Shown: positions 24,150-37,044, counted from the first letter of the whole stretch. The stretch: DNA of 55,836 bases, filler included, from Sphacelaria rigidula (GCA_964200075.2; 4 parts of 4 records of this genome joined end to end with filler, not necessarily neighbours in it), one strand, 5' to 3'. The notes: generated by a model not told the origin, from the letters alone. Numbers and translations: made by a program.

Positions 24150-24765
24150 TGGGAGAGGTGCATTGCGCTTACAAGCGAGGCGGGCAGAGGCTGTGCTGGA
24201 GCATTGGTTGGGGGAGGTGGCAGCGACGATGCCCTCTGTCGACTTCAACAATCGAGGGTGGACCACCGCGTCGAGCGACGCCAACGAGGGTATGACGGAT
24301 AACAATGCTGTTGTTGTCCTGTCGGAACACGCACAGATCACCCCCACCGGGAAGGTGCAGCGCCTTTTGTGCTGCTGCAACCCCGCGGCCGCCGAGAAGC
24401 ACAGGTGCGAGCGCACTTGCACTTGTGCGAAGTTGCGGAAGGTCTGCCACCCCTTACTGTGCGGGTGCAAGGGACGATGCGATCCGACCATCAGTGCACA
24501 AGAGCATGGTATCCCTGAAGGATTGGGGCCCAGAACGGAGAGTGATGAGGGGACGGGAGAGATGATTCGGGAGTCGGTCGGTGCGGAAGAATGTGCTGTG
24601 CGTGAAGGATTGGTGAACACGGTGGAGTGTGCAGAGGACTGGGGGGGGGGGGGGGGGGGGTAGTGATGGGTCGGCGGGGGGGGCAGAGGGGGCGGGAAGT
24701 GATTCGGGGATCTGGACGGNNNNNNNNGGGGGGGGGGGGGGGTGTGGTGGGGGGGGGGGTGTGGG

Positions 24766-24809
<44 letters not shown>

Positions 24810-24951
24810 GGACGATAGTGATGGCTCGGCGAGTGGGACAGAGGGGTCGGAAAGTGATTCGAGTATCTGGACGGATGCTAGCTCGGATTCGGATGCGGAC
24901 GACGACCGAGACGCTATGGAGCGCTATGTGAAGGAGAATATTCATGGGTGA
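24150..24951 (+). mobile_element. C-terminal fragment of an Academ(X)-like transposon protein (Cys-rich CXC/Cys8-type finger plus acidic tail)
   Basis: ALRLQARRAEAVLEHW...NRGW...CCC-x9-C-x3-CxC-x6-C-x4-CxC-x3-C, matching the helix-W-GW-Cys cluster layout that follows the XPG-like domain in Academ proteins. Intronless and truncated. Family assignment is from recalled motifs only. Confidence 0.55.
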
Positions 24952-25559
24952 ACAATTGGATGCCGTCGTGGGAGGGCGTGTATCCTTGATTAGCAGGTGC
25001 GAGTGTAGAGACATTGCGGTGATTACCGCTTGTTCTTCGTAGTATCCAATGTACACCGTCGAAAGTGTGAGAACATGAGTCAGCAAAGTACTTGACTAAG
25101 TTTGTTTGACGTGAGTTGACGCGATGCGGTAGTGCTGACCCAATCCGCGAGACCAACATGTAAGGCGTGTACTGGGGAGATATGGGTTGATCCCTTTACA
25201 CCACGAACTCGTCCCGAGGAAGAGGAGAAGTTCAATTCGCGACAGATGAAATGAAAAACTCATGAAAAATATACATACATCGCTCGTGCACAAGCTGTGT
25301 TCAATTTTTTTAATAGCAATGTGTCTTGCAATGCAACCGCAAGGCACTATGTTTGTTGGAGGGGGGGCGAAGATTCTGTTTCAGTTCACCCCGCCGCATT
25401 TCAAGACGCCATGTATGGAATACCTGATCCACTCCGTACATGGTCCCGGGACAGGCAGAACGTGATCGCTGGAGAAAGATCACGCATGTTGTATTCACTT
25501 GGCGGCGCCGCGGCTGTTGAAAAAAAACATAATATCTGCACCTAATGATTTGCCGCCGT

Positions 25560-27720
25560 CGTTGTCGCTCAGGAGTTATTCGCGATGGAGATATACAGAT
25601 ATTGCCCCGGTACGCGATAGCAGGCGAGGGCCGCGCCTGGTGAGACGAGGAGGAGGGGGGAAGCGGAGATGGTGTATGGTACATGATACGATCGGGGCGG
25701 CAATTATGTAAGCGCAATGCAACAGTAGGGGTGCACATATCGCTCAAAATCTCGTCTGTTTCAGGGGCTCCTCACTATTCCAGATACATAAGAATACGGG
25801 TGACGGCATCCGCGTTTGCAAATTCGTTCGGGAGATCCCTAGCACACTGAAATCGTACCCCTGGCGTATCCACAAATGTCATAAGTCGTGTTTTGGATGA
25901 GATAGTTGCCTCATGACGATGCAAACCTCACGTGATAGTTGTGCACTCCTGCCGTTGCATCGCTCGTTACTTGATTGATATCACTCATCACCTGCAATTT
26001 GTCGGTGACAGCACCGAATCTGGTTTAGGGCAGCGGCCGTGGTCAAATCTCTTCAGGCCATCCTTCGCGCTTCGGATAAACTATGGTAGCGATGTCTGAC
26101 ATTTCGGATAAGACTCTGAATGCTCGAGATCGAGGTTTGCATGCATTCTCAGGCACACCAATCTCACTCGCCATACTTTCTCGCGATATTGCCCCATGAG
26201 ACATAGCATTAATATGATCGACGCTCGTCCCATCGTTCACCTGTACGTTGGATGTCCACGGCGTGTTTTACGTATCCTGTCAAGTGGGCACCGACGCCAG
26301 CGAGGTGTGTGGGGAAAAGCAAGCCGGGTGCGCTATGGATCACGCGAGACTTAGTACACCGTATATTTGATAATGGCGCGTGCAGTCTGACGTCATGGAA
26401 CCTGCTCTGCAGCCAGAGCTGCGCTCCAATAGTGTCGACGCCAGCGGATGAGACTTTGATGTGTGTGTGTGTTTTACAGCCACGTATTTCGATTGCCGGT
26501 GCAAGCGGTAGGCGGCCGTGGGGCAACGCCGCAGCGTTGTTGGTGTTTCCTGTTCATATGCCGGTTGAATGCTGAGCTAATCAGCCTGCGCGAGCTGATT
26601 AGCTCAGCAGAAAAGCGGAATCTCAACAACTGATGTGTTTCGTGGGTAATCCAAGTTCTAGGATTGGAATCCCTCAGCGAGTAAAAAATATGATTTGATG
26701 TTGAGCACCGGGCTCGGTCGAAGTCTACCGGTTGAAGTTTCCAGACGGCGGTGGTTACAGGGATGGCAACCCTGGGGCGTGAGTGTTCAGGGTTATGCGA
26801 CAAACTCACCAAACTCAGCTTTTCGAAATTTTCCGACTGACCGCTGACCTCATTCACCACCGTCGGCTGATTACGTCCGCAATCAACCGGTCCCTTTCCA
26901 CTTTCCACCCTTGTTTCCGATCGGCTGCTTGATTGACACGTGGCGAGTTATTCGACATATTTGCGGGATGGCACGCGACGGGGCACCGGATTCATAGTGT
27001 CGAAGAAAACGGAACGCTGCCGATGGTCGGGCTACTCTCTTGTTGTAATCAGTTGGCGAGAGGTGTTGACAATGACAGTCCTTTGCCACTTGGAATGTGG
27101 TTCACAGAGTATTTTTTTGCCCCGGGGCAGGAGCAATAGAATTGCCTGTGCGACCCAGAGAGGAATCACCTTCGATGGCCCGCTGCCTCGCGCCACACCG
27201 TATATGGTGCCGTATTGATGTTAACCCCCCGCCGTTTGAGCACGGCGAAGGGTTGGAGTGTTCACTCCTCGTCATGATCTTGAGAGCCAGGACCCGCATT
27301 TTTGCGACGAAAGGGCGCTGGGATTCATCTCCGCCAGCAACAAAGAGCACGTACTCGCTTGCGGGATGCATCCCTCTCGACGTGTCTCGGCCACGGCATT
27401 GTCATGCGCATCACCTGTGCCAGCACGTGCCGCCTCTTGGTATGAATCGTCGTGCTGCGAACCTCTGCCCGCGCATACTGCGCGGGAATATTACACGTCA
27501 ATCTTGCCTCTTCTTGAAGGATCGCTTTGTTTGAAGAAGTTCCATACTAATTCCGAGGTACCCACTACGTTGCAAATCTTGACCGTCCTCGTGTCCGAGA
27601 TAGCAATCGTAACTTCTTGCGCGCGACTACAAAAATTACGTCTCGTAGTCCCTCGCAGCGCTTCGGCGTGGGGAAACGTTGAGGAAAAAAAACCAATGTT
27701 AATATTCAACATGAAAAATG
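25560..27720 (-). mobile_element. Highly decayed DNA transposase remnant, possibly piggyBac-like
   Basis: Broken frames giving DTRTVKI..WNFF, KID..MRG.RF..RRFIPR and LLRFRFSAEL in the order expected for piggyBac motifs. Many stops and frameshifts. Confidence 0.25.
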
Positions 27721-27745
27721 ACAGAGACAGCATCCTGTTCGTCCG

Positions 27746-27872
27746 TTAACCCTTTGACAACCACCCCCCCGCAGGAAGACTGGATAAGACTATCCACATT
27801 TGGGGTTCGGAATCATTCCTTTGTCACAACACAAAACGCCTACTCTACAGACCGAAGGATGCAGGGGTGCAT
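27746..27872 (+). mobile_element. Left end of a piggyBac-like element cut by the contig end
   Basis: TTAA followed by CCCTTTGAC, resembling the termini at 32619 and 38403. Confidence 0.4.
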
Positions 27873-27972
27873 NNNNNNNNNNNNNNNNNNNNNNNNNNNN
27901 NNNNNNNNNNNNNNNNTTAATTAATTAANNNNNNNNNNNNNNNNNNNNNNNNNNNNNNNNNNNNNNNNNNNN
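27873..27972. other. Artificial contig linker
   Basis: 44 N + TTAATTAATTAA + 44 N. Confidence 0.99.
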
Positions 27973-28608
27973 CGGGGTCCAAAAAAATCGGGACTCGTTT
28001 GCCATAAAAGTAGGTCTTACTCATCGTCAAGGCCATCGATTGGGATGCGATTTTTTGCACATCTGCGCCAAGACGGCAGCTAAAAACTCGGTAATCGATT
28101 TTTTTTATCTCATCGACATTCGAGTTTTGAAACAAATCAAGTGGAAAAAACATGGTTTTTTTGCGATTTTCTCGATCACCGTAAATCCTTTGGTTCCACA
28201 ATCTTGCCAGATTATAGCTTGGACAAATACACGCCGGTGAGTAGCCTATGTACGCCGTGGTTCGTAGCCCGGGACAACGAAAATGGGAAATGGTCGAGTG
28301 GAAACCCCAGTCAAATCACAAGTACTTGGGGGGATTTTACGGCGTGCGTAATCAGGGGATGAACGAGATCTCCGGTCTGTTCGTGCTTTTGGTCGGTGAC
28401 ACTTTTTGGCTCATTTTGAGGGGTCAGGCGCGCCCATAACTGTCCACCCTCTTCTCGAACAGAGCCATGTACAAGCAATACTCCATCATATCGCACATCA
28501 TCAACGACTGTACAGAGACATGATGACAACTCAACAGTACCACTGTACTGAACAGCGCATTGTATAGACAAAAGCACATGTGCCTCGGCCGGCCCACTTC
28601 CCCCCCAC

Positions 28609-29000
28609 CTGGCCTGCATCCCATCATAGGCCCGATCGTAATCAAACACGGAAGGATCCGCCGCTAGAGCATCCTCATACTCCTTCTTAGCCGCTTTCTC
28701 CTGCTTTGCTGATATTGCCGCTAGCCTCTTATTCACCGCCGCCACTCCACTGATAGAATCCTCACCATCTCCCCGGCACTCACCCTTTCCACCATCATTA
28801 CCATCGTCATCTGAGTCAGCTGTGTCGAATATAGCGGTTGCACCCGGCGGCCGCCTTCTGGGTGCTGGCTTGGCACCTATAGGCCGAATTCCGCCGCCTC
28901 CGGCTTTGTTTTTCAACTTTGACGCTGGACCAATGAGACCGAACTTGAGGTTTTTCCCTCCCCCCCCTCCCCCTCCCCCTCCGATTCCTGACTTACGCAT
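28609..29000 (-). CDS. NSRP1: First coding exon of nuclear speckle splicing regulator 1 (CCDC55/DUF2040)
   Basis: KFGLI near the N-terminus, acidic IFD..SDDD, and EYEDALAADPSVFDYDRAYDGMQ (family signature ALxEDPxxFxYDxxYD). Donor AG|GTGGGG at 28609/28608. The remainder lies beyond the contig. Confidence 0.88.
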
Positions 29001-29430
29001 GCCTCGAAAAACCTTGAGATGAGCTACACTGTACTACTAGAGCTGTCTGTCTTGGATTTATAAACGTCGCACTGTCGGAGGTGAGCTATACCGTACTGTG
29101 GTAGCCATGTTGATACCTGGCCATGTTCCATCTGAGTTTGGTAATTCGTTTTCTTGCATGTTTTTTCTTCCCTTTCGAACGAAAGTACAATTCTCCTCCG
29201 GTGCTACCATCACAATTCTCCTGCTTCCCGAAACATTTTTCATATACCTTCTATACCCTTTGTCTTGTCATGATTTTGTTTTACAGTACAGTACTATGCT
29301 TGCTTTTCGAATCCGTGCAGACGACGGGTCTGAGTACGAAAATGAATATGTATGAAAAATATCGAGGTGGGCTCCTGGAGCGTTTCCTCCCCTTGCGGTT
29401 GTGCTCTTGTCCGTCGAACAACAACTTCTA

Positions 29431-32400
29431 ATGGGGGATGTGTGCGCGGATCCCTTGGCTTCCTTCGACGATGATGTAGTCGAAGAGATAGATGGTGTCG
29501 TGGAATGGACGTATGCAAGTTCTAAACCAAGTGAGTCACGGTGACAACTGCAACACGGCGGCGTGGGGTACAGACAGTAGGTCATTTAGTATGTGTAAGT
29601 AACGCCGACGGCGTCGAAAAAACCCTGGCTATGTCCACACTTCCGCAAACTTTGCGCGCTGAGTATATGAGCCCTGTTGCACTGAGTGGTGACATCTAGG
29701 GACTAGGCACCGAGTATATGAGGCTGCGAGGCTTTGGTTTGGGAGTTTTACACAATCGCCGGTCGGTCCTCCGTGTATCGGCGAGTCAGGTAGCACGTCG
29801 GAATGAGACGATCATTCCGACGTAAGTGGCATCTATGTTCGAGCCAAAACGTGCTGACAGCACGTCAGATTCGAATCTATCCCGCGAACCATCAAGAGCA
29901 GAATCGAGCACGGTTGTCAACATGTGCAGGGGTGCAAGCTCTCGTGAACTGCATCTTTGTGGGGCACTACGGTGTTCGATCATCCATTGGATCAAGATCG
30001 GCTAGCAGACTTTCCCCTCGCACGTACTGCAGTCCGTCCGATAAAGGCTGCCTACATGGCTTTTGCATTTGCTTGGCAACTCACAGCGGACCGTTTTTTC
30101 TCGCGTTCATAGCTGACAGTCCCGTACTGCGTCTATCTGTGCCGAGACGAAGCTTCATTGGCGATCTACTCCGATCGGGTACGGGGCTTGGTTGTGGTCA
30201 AATCGGGTCACCACGGAGCATGAAGTACCATAAATCTGACGCAGCACTTTGCCACAAGCTGCGGTAGTAAGTGAAAAGGCCACCAAATCCACTTGTATTC
30301 GGGGACGGGAGGGGAGGGGAGTCGTCACTGCTGCGGCACTACTTGATATTTTTGACGTCTGTGGCGCACCTATATGCCCTATACTGAACAAAAGAACAGC
30401 ACGGAGCGCTTGGCATCTTGAGTTGCCATTGTACTCGTGAGCGCATCACTCCGTCTGTCGCAAAACCCGTTTGTGTGGTACATCGTAGTTGTTGAAACTG
30501 GGGGACCTGGCTTCACCGGGTGGGGTAGACCCCCGAAATTACCTACGCCAAGAATCTCTTGTAAGAGAAACTGTGGTCGCACGCGGAAACGTTCAACTGT
30601 CATGCTCCGGTTGTGATTCAGCTGAGGTGTATGCCGACTTCGTCGTGAGATACAACCACCAGCATGATCAAGTCTGTGCAGGAGGGGGTCTCTTCTGCAC
30701 GTGACATCATTTCTCAACGAAGCTAAGTTGCCCACATCCGCCGTATCGGCCCCACACCTGTTCCACCGTTGTTTGTCACTCTCATGCTATCCAGAGCCCA
30801 TCAGCCTCGAGTTGGGTTGGAACGCGTTAGGGACCTTGGCCATCGTCGCCGTTGTCGCACTCGTGCTGGATTTCTTGGCCTTTCGAGCCTCGGAGCTACG
30901 ACACCAAAAAAGAAAGGCCCAACAGCAACAACAGCTGAGAGGGTCGGCCAGGAAAAGCTCACCTTACGAAGCTGACACGAAGGATGCAATCAACCCCAAA
31001 ATATCGTCATTCAACGGTCACGGCGAAACGGTAACGCCCCATGACTGCAATGGTAAACACGAAGCCAATGGCGGCGGCCGCTGCAACAAAAGCAGCGGTA
31101 TCGTCGAGGTCGAGGTGCGGCCTGCTGGGGAGGCAGAGGTCAATGGTAATGGCACCGGCGGCGGCGGCGGCGACGGTAATTCTTGGGCTGCTGCGGCACA
31201 CAAAAGCCGTGTCGAAATGAGAAGAGTCTTCGTATTGACGGCGTGGATGGCCTGCGCTTTCGGGTTCCACAGGTGCGGTGCACGATCGGGGTGGCGCTGG
31301 CGAGAAGAGCCTATAGCCCAAATTGACGAAAATCGGGATGAAAAGGCTGACAGTAAATCACCGTGCGAAAACCCAGCGGAGTACAGTTGGCGCGATTTTC
31401 GGACTTCGCGCTTTCGGGGAGATGAAAATCTGCACTTGCCTCCTTGGTCTCGAGCTTTTTCTTATAAAAAGCTTCCCTGATATTTCCTCGTAATTTCTTA
31501 TCCCTTTACCCTTTGACCACCAATATCGCCCGTGGTCAAATTTGGCTTCGCGCCGGTTGTTTTCCATGTGGCACGACACGCCTATTCAGGTAAACAGGCG
31601 TTGTTGTTGTCTTCACATTAAAAACCGTTCCGGCATCTGCGCAGTATGCGGTACTGGGCATCTGATGCGGACGCCTTCCGTGGTCACAAGCTAACCACCC
31701 CAAGCTAGGGTAAATTAAGTCATGAACTAAATCGGACCCAGAAAAAATCCACACAGACACCATACAAAAGAAATAAAATGTGCATGTTGAGTATTTGTAT
31801 AGGAAAATGTATGCAAGGACCCGTAGCCATTTTTTCTAGCCAGGCCACGTGGATGTACGTTTCGGTAAGCTGAGTAGGCAGTACACGCTACCGTGCACAA
31901 GTGAGGGGTGCACGCTGGCTATCCGACTCCTGCGACGTACTCAAGCAACACACTCTCCGCCTTGTTACAGCAGTCTTCCTACTCTCAAGGCGCTGCGTAC
32001 CTCTTCCATGTTTTGTTATAATACGGCATACCGTACCATCTCAACTCACTGTACTCTTATGGTACCGCGTTGCTGCTGCACTGTACTCTTATGGTACCGT
32101 ACAGGCAGGATTTTTCATCAGCTGCTAAATGCAACAGTTTACAGTGCTACATATTGTCCTTGCTCTCCACTGCACGCAGTACAGGATGCACTGGATCTAC
32201 CATGACTCAGTGTTACAATATATATATATCAATAATAGCGACTCTGACAACACAACAGGGGGTAGGTAGATGGCGAATATTGTGCAGGGAACAAAAAGCA
32301 TCCCCTTTTCTGTGTACGTCTACGGCTGGTGATCGAAAGGTTGAACACAGCTTCACCTCCAGGTGGGAGATTTTGGGCGACTCGTGGGGGAACTGAGCGG

Positions 32401-35400
32401 ATCGTTCCACCAGTGAGAACTATCACAATGATCACCCCATCCTTCTTCAGGCCTGTTGCCAAACCTGGAAATTTCCGCAAACACGCATGGTTGACCCGCG
32501 AAACATTTGCTGATGATCAAGAAATCTGCACGCCCCCCGTCAAAAACGTTGAAACTCCTGGACTGTCAGCCGGTGAAGCTTTTCTGAAACGATGCTGGAG
32601 GTCAAAGGGCAAACTGAACCCGTTGACCACCAGGGTGGACGATTTGGCTCATCTCTCACGTGAACATGATGCCGACGTAACGTATTTCCCGCCCTGGCGA
32701 TCAAAGAGGCAAGCCCGTTGACCGCCAGGGTAGGCAATCTAGGTATCACATCCAGTTTTCAAGTCAAAATGACGCTGATAAGACAGATAGCCCATCCTGG
32801 CGGGGACAGGGTTAAACGTCTCGTATTAGGTCAGCGCTACCTGATCCTTTTCCGCGCATGGGTCGCTTTTTTATTTCTCTAAGTTTGTGCTTGGTCTTAG
32901 GCCGTGTCTCAGCTAATCCTTTTTCGATCGAAAAAGTGAGGTGGAAAGGGAGAATTCCGATCTGATAGGTTGTGATTTCAACATGAATGACGATAGTTCA
33001 GATCGCAATCTGTCAGATGGGAATTTTCCTTCTCCACCACAGAGTTTTCGATCGATTAAAAGTGCGCTAAGACACGCCCGGAGAATAACATCACCGCATC
33101 ATCTTTTGTGGCAAGATTTTGCTTTCCCCATGGTGTAGGAGTGTATAGGATCATGAAATACCTTCTCTTGGTGAATGCATATCGATTTATCTTGTGTTGT
33201 ATCGCTCGCATTTTCATTTCCTGGAGGGGGTAGTGGGTCTTTGTTTCCTTTTCGGAGCGAAAACAACGGGGACAGTTCAGCACACAACATGTTGGCGTCC
33301 CGAACGTATTCACTCCAACTTCTCGCACAAACTCAACCGTCACTTGATCAACTCCATTTCCCACAAGCGTGTGATTTAATTTCTGCCTCGTTCCGCTACT
33401 CTCGTGCCTACCTCTCGCCCTGCAAAAGGCGGTCTGTCGCGCCCTTGTGCGTGGAATGATGAAGCCAAATAATGATCTTCGTTTAATTATGTTGCAACTT
33501 TGCATCATTTTTCAGGTTGGGCTTGCCGACTCTTGCCAGGCTGTCGGCGATGGCGGCATTACTCGTCGCATCCCTTCCGCACCTGCTGCTCTCGTCCAAG
33601 TACCGCAGAGGTTGGTCCATGAATGTGTCTGTGCCCCCGCCCCCCCCTCCTCTGACTAAGGCAAGCTACGAATGAGTACCCCCCCCCTCTCCTCCGCCCT
33701 CCTCCCCCTTCCCCTCCTCCACTCGAACTGCCGCTTGTCTAGATGGTTCAACTTTGTTCCATATCTACGGAGAATTCCGTCTAGAGATGTACATTCATAG
33801 ATGTGCAGCATTCCGCCTGAATTGTGTCATGACTGCCTCCTGAGTTGATGTTACTGATGGGCTGCGGAATATCGTATTACAACCCGTTACGCGCAAAGTC
33901 AAAGGCTATCGCAGTTACTCTCTCTCTGATGAGACTGAAGTAATACTGTGTGGGCCATCGGCGCGGGCGTTTCTGTGTCGGCTGTCGATGGAATCACGGC
34001 TACAGTAGGATCACTTCACTCGCCGCTGTATTGACTGGGACGAATAGTGCCGAATTTTTGTGTGCGCGTGCAATCGTTTTTGTTGTCAGTCCGCATGTTG
34101 TGTTCCGAGTATAAATACCTCTTGAAGTGTATATCTCTTGGTGCCTGGGCGTCGATTTTCGCCAGATTTAGCGGATTGTGCCCCGTGGGAAAGATTTGCT
34201 ATTTTCTCCGTAAGGATTCTAGCGCACTTTTCCGATCTTTCGTGCACCCAGCTTACTTTTGAACCGGACAAACGATTTCTCGAACAGCCCTGAAAAACGC
34301 GCGTTTCTCCGAGGTCGGTGTGTCCTAGCGAGATTTCGAGGATTCTTGTAGCTTGTTCGAGAAATTGTTCGTCGGGTCAGAAGTCAAGCGGGATTGGAAA
34401 TGCGCGCTGGAATTCCATCGGAGAGTACGGCAAGCCTCACCGAGATGATACAAATTCTCGAGATGATACAATCCGTTAAGCACCGTATTTCCGGCGAAGA
34501 TCGGCCCTGAATCGCCAAATAGCCTTCTTGGGGAAAGATTTTCTTCATTCGTCGCACGGGAAGCGGCCTCGGAAGCTTTTTTTTTTCGGACCGTGCGTAT
34601 AGAGTCACTACTTTTCTTGTTGCTGTGAAGAGGAGAGATTCATTACAGTAGCCTCAATCCTCCGTGTTCTTCGGTACCCCTCTTGAAACGAAGCAGACTC
34701 GTCGCTGGGCTGTTTGCTGCAGAAGGGCGATAAACGGCGCAGCGTAACCGACATGCTGGTGTGGACGAGCCTGATTTACGTCTTACCCTCAGGATATGGG
34801 ATCTACGTCCATCAGGTGAAGGACAGTCGGGAGGTTCGGTGTTCTGTCCAGCTGTCCGCTCGCCGTTTTTTTCCTTGTCCGGGTTCACGCATGGATCTGC
34901 TTGAGTGCCTCCGCACCTGAAGCGTAGTACACAACACTCTTTGGGACTTGGAAGTGGACTTACGCCCCTTTTCTTGTCTCTTCTGTCACGATTTGGACTG
35001 CATTTCTCATTTGGGTCCAGCTACGATTGTCTGGTGACGAGCTGTTGGATCACGATAGCATTCTTTCACGCTGCATGCTGTCGGTTTTGCATCCCACAGA
35101 CCTCTACCGTAGCTCATTTGCCTGCCTCACCGGCATTTTCATACGTACTCGAGCTGGTCGGTCCATGAGTCTCCTTGGCCCATCATTAACCTACGTTTTT
35201 TTTTTTTTCCCCTTGCCTGGTTGGTCTCTTGCTTCTACATGTATCAACATGTGTGTCGCGTGTTTGTCGCGGATGGTTCGTTCGATCAGTACGGCATCGC
35301 TGTGCTGCAGTTGTTCACCACGGTGGGATCCACGCTGTTCCACCTGACGCGTGAGACAAAATATTTCAACCTCGACAATATCTTCGCAACCTCCCTCCTG

Positions 35401-35440
35401 TTGACCACCCTCTGGGGCTTCTCCCTGGCCGTCCGCCACG
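29431..35440 (+). CDS. Multi-pass membrane protein with CREST-superfamily-like motifs; 3' exons not located
   Basis: Phase-compatible exons 29431-29530, 30795-31272, 33516-33610, 34697-34815, 35290-35440. Several hydrophobic helices. LVWTSLIY, then VGSTLFH (SxxxH) and NLDNIFA (conserved Asp position). Confidence 0.7.
32619..32811. mobile_element. Two abutting piggyBac-like MITEs (32619-32709, 32714-32811)
   Basis: Each starts CCCGTTGACC(A/G)CCAGGGT and ends in an imperfect reverse complement (CCCTGGCGATCAAAGAGG; CCTGGCGGGGACAGGG). TTAA at 32812-32815 and TGAA on the left. Confidence 0.7.
33654..33687 (+). mobile_element. Very short 3' tip of the same LINE as 36439-37033
   Basis: GACTAAGGCAAGCTACGAATGAGTAC-C(n) versus GACTAAGGCACGCAACAAATGAGTAC-C(n). 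C-runs on both sides. Confidence 0.6.
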
Positions 35441-36438
35441 GTGAGACTTTCCTGCCCGTACTGCTGGGATACCGCCAACACTGGTTGAGATTCGATTGAC
35501 GCTACTCGTGGTGCTCTCAGACTGTGCTTCGTGTGAAATGTGGTGACAGGCGTACTACAGCTATCGTTTTCTTATTGTCTAGGTGGTGAAAAGAGTACGC
35601 AACTTGTGTGTAGTGCGACTGGAAGGTGTGTATCTTGGGTGGGGGAGACAATCGTATCTCCAAGTGATGAGGGCGGAATCTTCAAGGGCGAACATGTGTT
35701 ACCAGGGCTGAAAGATCTCGTCATTCCGGGGTTTTGGGGTGGTCATGTACGCGTAGATTGACTCGCATCTGTCATTATTTTTTTTTCCCCGACAGAAGAA
35801 GGAAACCCAATTTAACACTCACCTCGCAAGCAAGTTCGCGTGCTAATTACCCGAAGGCTCGGCTAGACTGCCTCGCAGCAGTCATGTGGGGAAGGCGTCT
35901 CGAGCTGTGGCTGAAGGCGGCGTGGGGGATGCTCCCACTAAAACCCCTTATCAACTTGGCGCAGAACACGCGCCGCCATGCTCCTATGAGCTCCGGCCGT
36001 AGTTCAGGTCTTTGTTGGCACAGCTCACACGGTAGCTCCATGTTGTTTTTTGTTGGGGATTTTTTTTTTTTTAACTTTGTGGCCGACGCGTGGCCTCGGT
36101 GACTTGTATCTGTGAATGGCGGTACTAATATTGGAGCATAGTGAAGCGAAAGCATTCCCACCCTCGTGGACTTTTACAGCTGCTCTCTTAATGACGGGTG
36201 TGGAAATCCTTGTTTTTCGCGTTGGTTACGAAAGCTCTTGTATATCGCGACTTGCTCCCACGGCCTTTTTCGTTTTTCTGTGTTTTGCTTTAATGTGCTT
36301 TGCTCGATTCGCATTCCATAAGTCATGCGGCAGGGGCTGTCAAGACTTTTTTTCCATCATTCGGGAAGGGTACAGTGTTCGATGTTAGCCCGGTGTTTTC
36401 CGTGTGTTTGTCTTTTCTCTCCCCCTCCCCCCCCCCCC

Positions 36439-37033
36439 GCGCGCTCAGACGCAAGGTAGACGAGGAACAACACCTGAAGATATACGGGGGGTTGAGAGAG
36501 GGGATCGGAATGAAGACATATCTGCATGGCCCCATCGACGCGGCGCAAAAATTGAAACTGCGATTTTGGGTGGGGGACCTAGACCTGCCAGAAAGAAGAA
36601 ATAAATATACCAGTCGTCGTGTGGAGGAGGAAGTAGATGGACAGAACTGCCTCTGTGACAAAGGAATCGAGAGCAGAAGTCATATAGTGGCAGAATGTGA
36701 CTTATACAAGGAGGAACGGGACGTGGTAGAGGGGGAAATGCGGGGCGTGAATGAAGGTGGCATGAAGTCGTTCGATGTATTAGACAGTAGGGAAAAAACG
36801 ATGGTTATACTAGGAAATAAATGGTGGCCAGAGACGGCGAAACAGGACGGGGATGAGATATGTAAAAAGTTTTTGTGCAATGTATGGAATAGACGTAATG
36901 AGCGCCGGAATGTTGAAGGTGGCTCTATTAGGAGTAGGAACGGTGCTCCGTCTCGAGAGGGATACGTGGTCAACGGTCAAGCGACTAAGGCACGCAACAA
37001 ATGAGTACGCCCCCCCCGCCCCTCCCTACCCCC
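36439..37033 (+). mobile_element. 5'-truncated non-LTR retrotransposon (LINE) ORF2 C-terminal fragment
   Basis: HLKIYGGL..KTYL..LRF..DL, then the CLC..IESRSHIVAECDLYKEER zinc-knuckle-like motif typical of LINE ORF2 ends. Stop at 37002-37004. C-runs at 36421-36438 and 37010-37033. Confidence 0.8.
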
Positions 37034-37044
37034 TGAGTGAGCAG

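Noticed and set aside
24640-24835. Poly-G / Gly-rich or Pro-rich ORFs and an apparent duplication (24661-24719 vs 24835-24893)
   Set aside because: The first copy is a G-substituted version of the second, next to a G homopolymer and an N gap. This is typical of read-quality or scaffolding artefact.
32047-32099. 21-bp direct repeat with an 11-bp spacer
   Set aside because: Simple local intronic duplication with two copies only.
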